A DNA stretch of 35,270 bases from an uncultured Bifidobacteriaceae bacterium. GTDB lineage: Bacteria > Actinomycetota > Acidimicrobiia > IMCC26256 > PALSA-555. The notes beneath the pieces are model-generated. The model did no database searches and was not told the origin of the DNA. It saw only the letters and a program-made list of their open reading frames with translations. Location: positions 1-35,270 of the forward strand of contig CAZCYE010000004.1 in assembly GCA_964502775.1 (NCBI GenBank), in the 5' to 3' direction. Position 1 is the stretch's first letter, and each line of letters opens with the position of its first letter. Positions 17,692 through 25,055 of the stretch are shown here, piece by piece. Position numbers and translations under genes: made by a program.

Positions 17692-18749
17692 CCGAGGCTC
17701 TCGAAGGCCGCGATCTGACCGAGGGACCACGCACGCATGTCGTTGTGCTCGAGGTGCGCCCGATGCCACTCGACGGTCCACTCGACGATGCGAGCGAGAT
17801 CGAGCCGAGGGCGCCAGCCGAGCATCGCTCGGGCGCGGTCCGCACGCAGGCGCAGCTCCTCGGTCTCGACCCACCGCTGGGGGCCCGTCTCGCGTCGCCA
17901 TCCGGGACGGCCGCCGAGACGATCCGTGAGCAGATTGACAAGCTCGGACACGCGGCAGTCGGCCTCGGGTCCGGGCCCGAAGTTCAGGGCCATCGGGGCA
18001 CCATCGGCGTGCTCGAGGAGGACCCGCGCGTACATCAGGTAGCCATGCAGGACGTCCAGCACGTGCTGCCAGGGACGAATCGCATCGGGGCGCCGGAGAC
18101 CGACCGGACGTCCCGCTCGGAAGGCGCGCAGCACGTCCGGGACGAGACGATCATCTGCCCAGTCCCCACCGCCGATGACGTTGCCCGCTCGCGCCGTCGC
18201 AACCATCAGGTCCCGTCCCCGGAGCAGGCTCGAACGGTAGGCGCGCACTACGAGCTCCGCACACGCCTTGGATGCAGCGTACGGCTCATCGCCATCGAGA
18301 TCAGATGTCTCGTCGACAGGGGTCCCGTCCGGACTCGGCATGTAGACCTTGTCACTTGTCACGACGAGTACCGCCATGACGGCGTCATGGGTCCTGGCGG
18401 CCTCGAGGATGTTGCTCGTACCGGTCACGTTCGTGGCGAACGTGCCGACCGGGTCCTCCTGAGCCCGTGGCACACTGCTCTGAGCAGCGAGATGCACGAC
18501 GAGCTCAGGCTCGGTCCCAAAGGCTCGCGATACCGCCTGCTCATCCGTGACGTTGCCCGTCCACGTCGGGGGGTCGGACCACCCCACGATCTGGTACAGG
18601 CTCGGCTCCGTCAGTGGGGGCAGTGCCAAGCCGGTCACGTCGGCGCCGAGGCGTTCCAGCCAGAGTCGGAGCCATGATCCTTTGAAGCCGGTGTGGCCAG
18701 TGACGAGTACTCGGCGTCCGCGCCAGAAGGCGGCGTCGGCGGTTACCAC
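17688..18749 (-). CDS. rfbG: CDP-glucose 4,6-dehydratase
   Basis: FWRGRRVLVTGHTGFKGSWLRLWLERLGADVTGLAL is the characteristic RfbG N-terminus. The SDR catalytic YAASK and the DKVY motif are present. Its length and its position next to rfbF fit. Confidence 0.92.
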   Translation of the reverse strand: MVTADAAFWRGRRVLVTGHTGFKGSWLRLWLERLGADVTGLALPPLTEPSLYQIVGWSDPPTWTGNVTDEQAVSRAFGTEPELVVHLAAQSSVPRAQEDPVGTFATNVTGTSNILEAARTHDAVMAVLVVTSDKVYMPSPDGTPVDETSDLDGDEPYAASKACAELVVRAYRSSLLRGRDLMVATARAGNVIGGGDWADDRLVPDVLRAFRAGRPVGLRRPDAIRPWQHVLDVLHGYLMYARVLLEHADGAPMALNFGPGPEADCRVSELVNLLTDRLGGRPGWRRETGPQRWVETEELRLRADRARAMLGWRPRLDLARIVEWTVEWHRAHLEHNDMRAWSLGQIAAFESLG

Positions 18750-19510
18750 GTCTTCCAGGGTGCTGCCCCGCTTTCCCAGAGTCGCTCGAGCTCCTCACGC
18801 TCGAACGCGGTGTCCATCGGCTGCCAGAAGCCCTCATGGACGTAGGCCCTCAACCGGTGCTCGCCCGCGAGCGGCTCGAGCACGTCGGTCTCCCATACCG
18901 CGTCGTCGCCACTGATGAGCTCGATGACCTCGGGCTCGCAGACGAAGAAGCCACCGTTGACCAGCCCCGTGTGGGCGGTCGACTTCTCAAAGATCCCGAA
19001 GACGCGGGATCCGTCCAAATCGAGGCTACCGAAGCGGACGGGAGGCCGCACCGCGGTCATTGTGACCGTGGGACGCTCTCGACGATGCACCTCGAGCACG
19101 GCCTGGATGTCGACGTCGCCGACACCGTCGCCGTAGGTCAGCAGGAACGGCTCGTCGTCAAGGTAAGAGGCGATCCGACGCACACGGCCCGCGGTCATGG
19201 TGTTCAGACCCGTGTCGGCTACGGTGACGCGCCAGCCGCTTTCGGCTTCGCCGTGATACTCAACGGCGTTCTTGTGTAGATCAAAGGTCACATCGCTGTT
19301 GTGCAACGCGAGGTTCGCGAAGTAGTCCTTGAACTGATATCCCTTGTAACCCGTGCACACAATGAAATCGCGGACGCCGAAGCTCTCATAGATCTTCATG
19401 ATGTGCCAGAGGATCGGCCGGCCCCCGATCTCGATGAGCGGCTTCGGCCGGAGCACGGTCTCCTCAGAGAGTCGCGAGCCGCGGCCTCCAGCTAGGATCA
19501 CGGCTTTCAC
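18743..19510 (-). CDS. rfbF: Glucose-1-phosphate cytidylyltransferase
   Basis: GTG at 19508-19510 gives (M)KAVILAGGRGSRLSEETVLRPKPLIEIGGRPILWHIMKIYESFGVRDFIVCTGYKGYQFKDYF. This is the RfbF signature, and the 255-aa length is typical. Confidence 0.92.
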   Translation of the reverse strand: MKAVILAGGRGSRLSEETVLRPKPLIEIGGRPILWHIMKIYESFGVRDFIVCTGYKGYQFKDYFANLALHNSDVTFDLHKNAVEYHGEAESGWRVTVADTGLNTMTAGRVRRIASYLDDEPFLLTYGDGVGDVDIQAVLEVHRRERPTVTMTAVRPPVRFGSLDLDGSRVFGIFEKSTAHTGLVNGGFFVCEPEVIELISGDDAVWETDVLEPLAGEHRLRAYVHEGFWQPMDTAFEREELERLWESGAAPWKTW

Positions 19511-19584
19511 GACGGGTGAGTGTACTGACGGAGCCTTCGCATTCGGCGCACTCCCTCGATGTCGCTTGCCTATCCTCAAGGGCT
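19511..19584. promoter_or_regulatory. Divergent intergenic region between the rfbF operon (-) and the aminotransferase/oxygenase pair (+)
   Basis: This is a 74-bp gap between the inferred GTG starts at 19510 (-) and 19585 (+). No promoter hexamers can be called reliably by eye. Confidence 0.3.
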
Positions 19585-20766
19585 GTGAGCGCAGCGCCCA
19601 AGATCCCGATCGCCGGACCATGGATCACCGATCACGAGGTCGCGGCCGTTACCGAAGCTGCTCGATCGTCGTGGTACGGGGATGCGGGTCGGCATGTCCA
19701 CGAATTCGAGGATCGTTTCGCCAACTACGTGGGGCGGCGGTTCGGGATAGCGCTCCCATCGGCCACCGCCGGCATCCATCTGAGCCTGCTCGCGCTCGGT
19801 GTGGGTCCTGGTGACGAGGTGGTCGTCCCGGATGCGACGTGGATCGCATCGGCGGCCCCGATCAGCTACGTAGGGGCGGTCCCTCGCTTCGTCGACGTGG
19901 ACCCAGAATCGTGGTGCGTCGATCCAGTGGAAGTAGCGGCGGCGATGAGCAAGCGGACCCGGGCAGTCATCGCCGTCGACCTGTACGGCGGCATGCCTGA
20001 CATGCACGAGCTCGCGCGAGTTTGCGACGAGCACGGCGTGGCCGTCGTGGAGGATGCGGCGGAGGCGATTGGCTCGCGCTACCGAGGCCGACGGGCAGGT
20101 GGATTCGGCGTGACGTCCGTCTTCAGCTTCCATGGCTCCAAGACGTTGACGACCGGGGAGGGCGGGATGGTCGTCACGGATGACGAAGCGTTGGCTGGCC
20201 GGATGCGTCTTTTCGCCGACCATGGTCGGCGCCCGGATGACACGGCGTTCTACAACCAGGTAGTGGCGCACAAGTACAAGATGAGCGCCGTCCAGGCGGC
20301 GCTCGGCCTCGCGCAGCTCGACCGGGTCGACGAGCTCGTCGCGAAAAAGCGTCAGATCTTCGGTTGGTATCGCCAGCTGCTCGGGAATCGGGCCGATCTC
20401 CTGCTCAACCGGGAGCCAGTAGGTGTTGAGAACTCGTACTGGATGACGACCGCGGTCCTCGACGATCGGGGTGGGCTCACCGAGCGGTCGCTCGCCGCAA
20501 TGCTCGACGAGGAAGGGATCGCGACACGCCCTTTCTTCCACCCGCTGAGCTCACTGCCGGCGTACTCGTCGATGCCCGGAATTGCGGAGGTGCGCAATCG
20601 CAACGTGGTCAGCGCCCGGCTCGGCACCTACGGGATCAACCTTCCTTCGGCGCTCTCGTTGGACGAGGACCTGGTTGCCCAAGTCTGCGCCGAGCTCGTG
20701 CGAGTGATCGACGGGGCGCGGCATCGTCCTGCTCGGAGCCCGGCGCCCTCTGCTGGTACCGCGTGA
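19585..20766 (+). CDS. DegT/DnrJ/EryC1/StrS-family PLP-dependent NDP-ketosugar aminotransferase
   Basis: Motifs seen: IAGPWITDHEVAAVTEA, ALPSATAGIHLSLLALGVGPGDEVVVPDATW and VVEDAAEAIGS. FSFHGSKTLTTGEGGMVV retains the Schiff-base Lys. The inferred start is GTG at 19585, and the ORF track starts at 19516. Confidence 0.88.
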   Translation: MSAAPKIPIAGPWITDHEVAAVTEAARSSWYGDAGRHVHEFEDRFANYVGRRFGIALPSATAGIHLSLLALGVGPGDEVVVPDATWIASAAPISYVGAVPRFVDVDPESWCVDPVEVAAAMSKRTRAVIAVDLYGGMPDMHELARVCDEHGVAVVEDAAEAIGSRYRGRRAGGFGVTSVFSFHGSKTLTTGEGGMVVTDDEALAGRMRLFADHGRRPDDTAFYNQVVAHKYKMSAVQAALGLAQLDRVDELVAKKRQIFGWYRQLLGNRADLLLNREPVGVENSYWMTTAVLDDRGGLTERSLAAMLDEEGIATRPFFHPLSSLPAYSSMPGIAEVRNRNVVSARLGTYGINLPSALSLDEDLVAQVCAELVRVIDGARHRPARSPAPSAGTA

Positions 20767-21554
20767 TGGATCGCACTACGAGCGCCGATCCACTTGGACA
20801 CTTCGATGATGCGCGCTTCGCTCGCATGGCCGTCGAGCGCTCGGCGGCCTACCGGGATGCCCAGCCGTTTCCGCACACGGTGATCGACGGGTTCCTCGAC
20901 GAGAGCCTCGCCCGATCGGTGAGTCGGGCGTTCCCCAGCATTGACTCGATCGCCTGGATCGAGCGCGACAACGAGAACAACCGCAGGCGGTATCAGCACG
21001 ACGAGACGAGATTGCCGTCCCTCGTCCGCGCCTTGCTCCGGGAGCTCAACGGTCGCCAGTTCCTGCTGTTCCTCGAGACCTTGACCGGCATCGAAAGTCT
21101 TCTGCCTGACCCCTACTTCGTGGGCGGAGGCCTCCACGTGAGCACGCGCGGTGACTTTCTCAACATCCACACCGACTTCAACTGGCATCACAAGCTGCAG
21201 GCGCACCGGCGCGTGAACGTGCTCCTATATCTGTCCGAGGTCTGGGACGAGGCGTGGGGTGGGGCCACGGAGCTCTGGCATCCAGAGATGTCTGGCCCGT
21301 GCGTCTCCGTGATGCCGAGGTTCAACCGTGTACTCATCTTCAGCACCGGGGAGCACAGCAACCACGGACAGCCGTCACCCAACCTGTGTCCGCCAGGGAC
21401 CCTGCGCAAAGTCCTGAACCTCTACTACTACACCACGCATCGCGAGGACGGCGATGCGGCGGATCCACACTTCACCCTCTACAAGCCGGCGGCGTCAACG
21501 TTCGCAACCGAGCTCGGCGAGCACTATCGCGCCTCCGCTGGGCGTTCGGCGTGA
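20763..21554 (+). CDS. 2OG-Fe(II) oxygenase superfamily protein (prolyl-4-hydroxylase-like)
   Basis: The start overlaps the aminotransferase stop (GTGATG). A candidate HxD...H facial triad is present (LNIHTDFNWHH ... STGEHSNHGQP). FPHTVIDGFL at the N-terminus and RVLIF near the C-terminus are typical of this family. Confidence 0.7.
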   Translation: MMDRTTSADPLGHFDDARFARMAVERSAAYRDAQPFPHTVIDGFLDESLARSVSRAFPSIDSIAWIERDNENNRRRYQHDETRLPSLVRALLRELNGRQFLLFLETLTGIESLLPDPYFVGGGLHVSTRGDFLNIHTDFNWHHKLQAHRRVNVLLYLSEVWDEAWGGATELWHPEMSGPCVSVMPRFNRVLIFSTGEHSNHGQPSPNLCPPGTLRKVLNLYYYTTHREDGDAADPHFTLYKPAASTFATELGEHYRASAGRSA

Positions 21555-21874
21555 AATGCACCTCCGTCCTCGCAGCCAAGCCTTGCTGACCAGTCGGCCA
21601 TCGTTGCCCCTTTCGCGAATAGGTCCCATAGTTGAGTACTTCGTTGCAGCAGTATCAGTCCTCCGCGGCGACTCGGGCAAGAGGCGTCGGTCCCACCCTG
21701 TACGGATCATCCCCCCGACCGGATCTGATGGTGGGGAGCAGGTCCGTGGCAGGCTGACGAGCCCCGGCTCGTCCCGCACGAGACCCACCTTGCGCCGCAG
21801 CCGACAGCGTGCCCCGGGGGCGAGGGGTCCTTCGACGGTGGTGCGGATCCGCCTGGCCGCTCATAATGGTCTGC

Positions 21875-23029
21875 ATGAGCGACGGTCGTCGTTTCGGGTT
21901 TCGAGCTGGCGCCCTGTTCGTGGTGGCGGCTCTCGCCCTGGTGCCCTCGCAAGCGGCAGGCGCGAGCTCTGACCAGGACCTGCTGCGCACGATTCTGACC
22001 AGCTCCGACCGCTCGGATCGCCAGGACGCGGCGCGTGCACTGGCGGACGATCTCGACCCGGCTCCGATCCGGAAGCTCGTTGCGAAGGCCGACGACAATC
22101 GGCGCGCGTCGTCAGCGCTCGAGTTGATCGAGCAGCGCGTGGCGCGCCGCGCAGCCCGCGGGCGAGACCTGTCGATTCGACGTCGGGCTATCCGGATACT
22201 CGGCGTGATCGACCTCGAGGCGAGTGCTGACGATCTGGCCAGAATCGTCATCGAGGTGTCGCAGCGCAAGGTACGCAACGCGGCGGCTCGTGCCCTCGGA
22301 CAACTCGAGGAGGCGGGCCCGCTCGTCGTGGACACTCTGATCGAGGCGAGCACCGCCTCGTTCGACGACCCTGGTCGGCAGGCGGCCATCGAACGGGCGG
22401 TCGCGGCGATCGGCTCCGAGGCCATCGATCCACTGCTCAGTGCGTTCAACGCCGGTGACTACGACACCCGACTCCAGACGATCCAACTGCTGAAAGCGAT
22501 CGAGCGCAAGCACGCGTCCGCGCTCAACGCGGTCTGGCCCAACGTCGTCGAGAATTTGATCACCCGGATCGGCCAGGCCGGCACCGAGGACCTCGCAGGT
22601 CTGCTCGCCGAGATTGGCAGCCCCGCGGTACCGAGGCTCATCGAGGTGGCGCGCCAGCCCTCCGGACCGGGCGGGCCGTTCGACGACCCGCCGAGCATCG
22701 CGCTGATGGCACTGACCACCATGGCGGAGCGTGACCGATCGCTGATCGCATCGCTCGACGAGGCACTCGAGCGCAGGGATCTCGCGCTCATCGCCGACCT
22801 CATGACCTTCTACATCTCACTCGGTACGCCAGGCAGCGAACAAGCATTGATCGCCGCGCTCGATGCGCTCGGCAACACCGGCAGAGCGCAGATCATCGTC
22901 CTTCAGTTTCTCGACTCCGGACACCAGCCCCTGGTGGATGCGGCGTACGCGTGGGCCGAGCGGCACGGCTACACGATCACCGGCCAGTCGCCGGGTATCG
23001 GAACCTGGGGCACGATCCAAGCCGGTTGA
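21875..23029 (+). CDS. Secreted HEAT/armadillo-like repeat protein
   Basis: There is a signal peptide (MSDGRRFGFRAGALFVVAALALVPSQAAGA). Repeated helical units contain RxxAARALG-like motifs (RQDAARALADDL, VRNAAARALGQLEEAG, AVPRLIEVA, AIDPLLSAF). An alternative ATG lies at 21866. Confidence 0.6.
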   Translation: MSDGRRFGFRAGALFVVAALALVPSQAAGASSDQDLLRTILTSSDRSDRQDAARALADDLDPAPIRKLVAKADDNRRASSALELIEQRVARRAARGRDLSIRRRAIRILGVIDLEASADDLARIVIEVSQRKVRNAAARALGQLEEAGPLVVDTLIEASTASFDDPGRQAAIERAVAAIGSEAIDPLLSAFNAGDYDTRLQTIQLLKAIERKHASALNAVWPNVVENLITRIGQAGTEDLAGLLAEIGSPAVPRLIEVARQPSGPGGPFDDPPSIALMALTTMAERDRSLIASLDEALERRDLALIADLMTFYISLGTPGSEQALIAALDALGNTGRAQIIVLQFLDSGHQPLVDAAYAWAERHGYTITGQSPGIGTWGTIQAG

Positions 23030-23193
23030 CGCCTTGTCACCGGAGGCTGACACCGGCGGTCTCGGTGGACGCAACGACACCAGATGGACTGAGCACCCAA
23101 CTCAGGACCACTCGGGCGGCCTGGAGTGGTCTCGGTGGACGGTTGTCAAGGCGCTCATAACCCGAAAGTCGCGATTCCCGGTCGACGAGGTGC

Positions 23194-23757
23194 TCAGACG
23201 CTACGACCGCTGTAGGCCGCGAGCTGGTCGATCGGGCTCGCGTCAGCTGGTGCGTCGACCGGATCCCGGAAGGTGTCGCCGTCGCGGAGACCGCCGACGA
23301 TCGTCTCGGCCGTGGCGCGAGCGTTGGCGACCACGTCCGCTGGCGGGTCAAAGGGCTGGCCGGTCGCACTCGCGAGATCCCAGGCGTGGACGAGGAGGTC
23401 GAACTTTGCGATGTCGAGTGCGACCTGCGCCGGGAGCGTCGCGAACGGCAGGGTGATGTCGCGCTCCATCGCGCCGGGTGCGTCCGCCGACGACTTGAAG
23501 TCCGCGATCACTCGCGCCCACGCGGCCGCGGGGTCGTCACCGAGCACATCGGGCGCGCCCTCGCCGCCGCCCTGAGCCGCCTCACCCCGGAAGCTCGCGG
23601 CAAACATCGCGCCCCCTCCGACCAAGTGGGTGGCGAGGTCGCGAACTGTCCATTTCGCGCAAGGGGTCGGGTTGTCCCACTGATCCGACGCCACGCCTTC
23701 CATGAGCTTTTGCAAGGCGCTCGATTGGAACTGCAGCTGTTCGGAAGGTGATGCCAT
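23194..23757 (-). CDS. TIGR03086/DinB-like (mycothiol maleylpyruvate isomerase N-terminal domain) family protein
   Basis: An ATG at 23755-23757 gives 187 aa. Motifs seen: QWDNPTPCAKWTVRDLATHLVGG, DLLVHAWDLASATGQP and SPIDQLAAYSGR, as in the actinobacterial family. Confidence 0.75.
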   Translation of the reverse strand: MASPSEQLQFQSSALQKLMEGVASDQWDNPTPCAKWTVRDLATHLVGGGAMFAASFRGEAAQGGGEGAPDVLGDDPAAAWARVIADFKSSADAPGAMERDITLPFATLPAQVALDIAKFDLLVHAWDLASATGQPFDPPADVVANARATAETIVGGLRDGDTFRDPVDAPADASPIDQLAAYSGRSV

Positions 23758-23870
23758 GTTCGGCCTCCAGGGATTGTCCGAGTGGTCCTGTCTACATCGC
23801 TTCGACTCGGCTGTCCATGGCGCGGCCGACGAGTCGCAGCACCGCGGTGGGCTCGGGTTAGCCTCGACCG

Positions 23871-24995
23871 ATGAGCGCTGCGGCCCGGGTCTATCGAGCA
23901 GATGTCGTGGGCTCGATGCTCCGACCGCAGGAGCTCGTCGACGCCCGTGCGGCAATGCGCGCCGGCACGCTCCCGCCCGGCGAGTACCGGGTGATCGAGG
24001 ACCGCGCCGTCGACACCGCGCTGGAGATCCAGACGACCGCAGGTGTCGACGTCGTCACCGACGGTGAGCAACGCCGTGACATCTTCATCGACCCGTTCTT
24101 CACCGGCATGTCAGGGTTCAGCCCGATCCCCGCTCATATGGTCGAGTTCCACGGCGCGAAGCCGGAGGACAGCATTCGGTTCCCGACCCCGTTCAGCATC
24201 ACGGAGCCCATCACCGCCCGATCGTGTCCCTTGCTCGACGAGCTTGCCTACACCACGCAGCACACGACGCAGCCGGTCAAGGTGACCCTGCCGAGCCCCA
24301 CGATGGCCTGCAACTTCTGGACCGACGCGTCGCGCGGCGCGTACCCCGACGCCTTTATGCTGATGCAGGCGGTGGCGGAGGTGTTTGCCGGCTGGATGCG
24401 CGAGCTCGCCGACGCCGGCTGTTCGTACATCCAGATCGATGCGCCCGACATGGCCGAGTTCTTCGCCGACGGGCTGAACACCCGGGCCCAGTACGGCGAC
24501 GAGGGGGTCGATCCCGAGCGGTTCGTCGAGGTCGCCCCGGCGATCATCGGCGAGCTGGGCGCGGTCTCAACGCCAGGTGCAATCAAGGGGCTGCACCTCT
24601 GCAAGGGCAACGGCACGCAGGCATGGATCGCATCCGGTGGGTACCAGGCGCTGTCGGAGCGCCTCTTCGGTTTCGTCGAGGGCTTCGACGTCGTTCACCT
24701 CGAGTACGACGACGAGCGCTCCGGTGGCTTCGAGCCGTTGACCCGGCTCCCGGACGACAAGGTCGCCGTTCTCGGCCTCGTGTCGACCAAGTGGAACGAC
24801 ATCGAGGACCGCGAGACCCTGAAGGCGAGGATCGACGAGGCCGCACGCTTCCATCCCAAGGAGCAGCTCGCACTTGCGACCCAGTGCGGCTTCGCGTCGA
24901 CGGCGGAGACGGCCGAGACGAAGAAGATCGACCTGGCCAACCAGGCGGCGAAGCTCGCACTCGTCGCGGAGGTTGCCCACGAGATCTGGTCGTAG
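23871..24995 (+). CDS. Cobalamin-independent methionine synthase II (MetE C-terminal-like) family protein
   Basis: Motifs seen: YRADVVGSMLRP, VDVVTDGEQRR, GCSYIQIDAPD, LHLCKGN and QCGFAS. These fit the Meth_synt_2 fold with Zn ligands (H/C ... C). Confidence 0.8.
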   Translation: MSAAARVYRADVVGSMLRPQELVDARAAMRAGTLPPGEYRVIEDRAVDTALEIQTTAGVDVVTDGEQRRDIFIDPFFTGMSGFSPIPAHMVEFHGAKPEDSIRFPTPFSITEPITARSCPLLDELAYTTQHTTQPVKVTLPSPTMACNFWTDASRGAYPDAFMLMQAVAEVFAGWMRELADAGCSYIQIDAPDMAEFFADGLNTRAQYGDEGVDPERFVEVAPAIIGELGAVSTPGAIKGLHLCKGNGTQAWIASGGYQALSERLFGFVEGFDVVHLEYDDERSGGFEPLTRLPDDKVAVLGLVSTKWNDIEDRETLKARIDEAARFHPKEQLALATQCGFASTAETAETKKIDLANQAAKLALVAEVAHEIWS

Positions 24996-25055
24996 CCCTC
25001 GCCTTCGCGCCCGGCGCCGGACCAGATCAGAGGCCCCGCTTCTCGGTTGGAGTTG

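Noticed and set aside
17610-18677. 355-aa plus-strand ORF opposite rfbG, and a 321-aa minus-strand ORF (19576-20541) opposite the aminotransferase
   Set aside because: Both lie opposite genes with unambiguous family motifs. Neither has motifs of its own, and both show biased Arg/Gly/Pro composition.
19585-20766. DegT-family gene as the CDP-6-deoxy-4-hexulose 3-dehydrase (RfbH/E1) expected next to rfbF and rfbG
   Set aside because: The active-site motif retains Lys (FHGSKTLTTGEGG), whereas E1 characteristically has His at that position. I saw no Cys cluster for the E1 iron-sulfur centre, and no E3 reductase gene is present. I therefore called it an aminotransferase.
21655-22449. 264-aa minus-strand ORF opposite the HEAT-repeat gene
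   Set aside because: The sequence is low-complexity and Ala/Arg/Ser-rich with no domain features. The plus-strand frame has a signal peptide and a repeat architecture.
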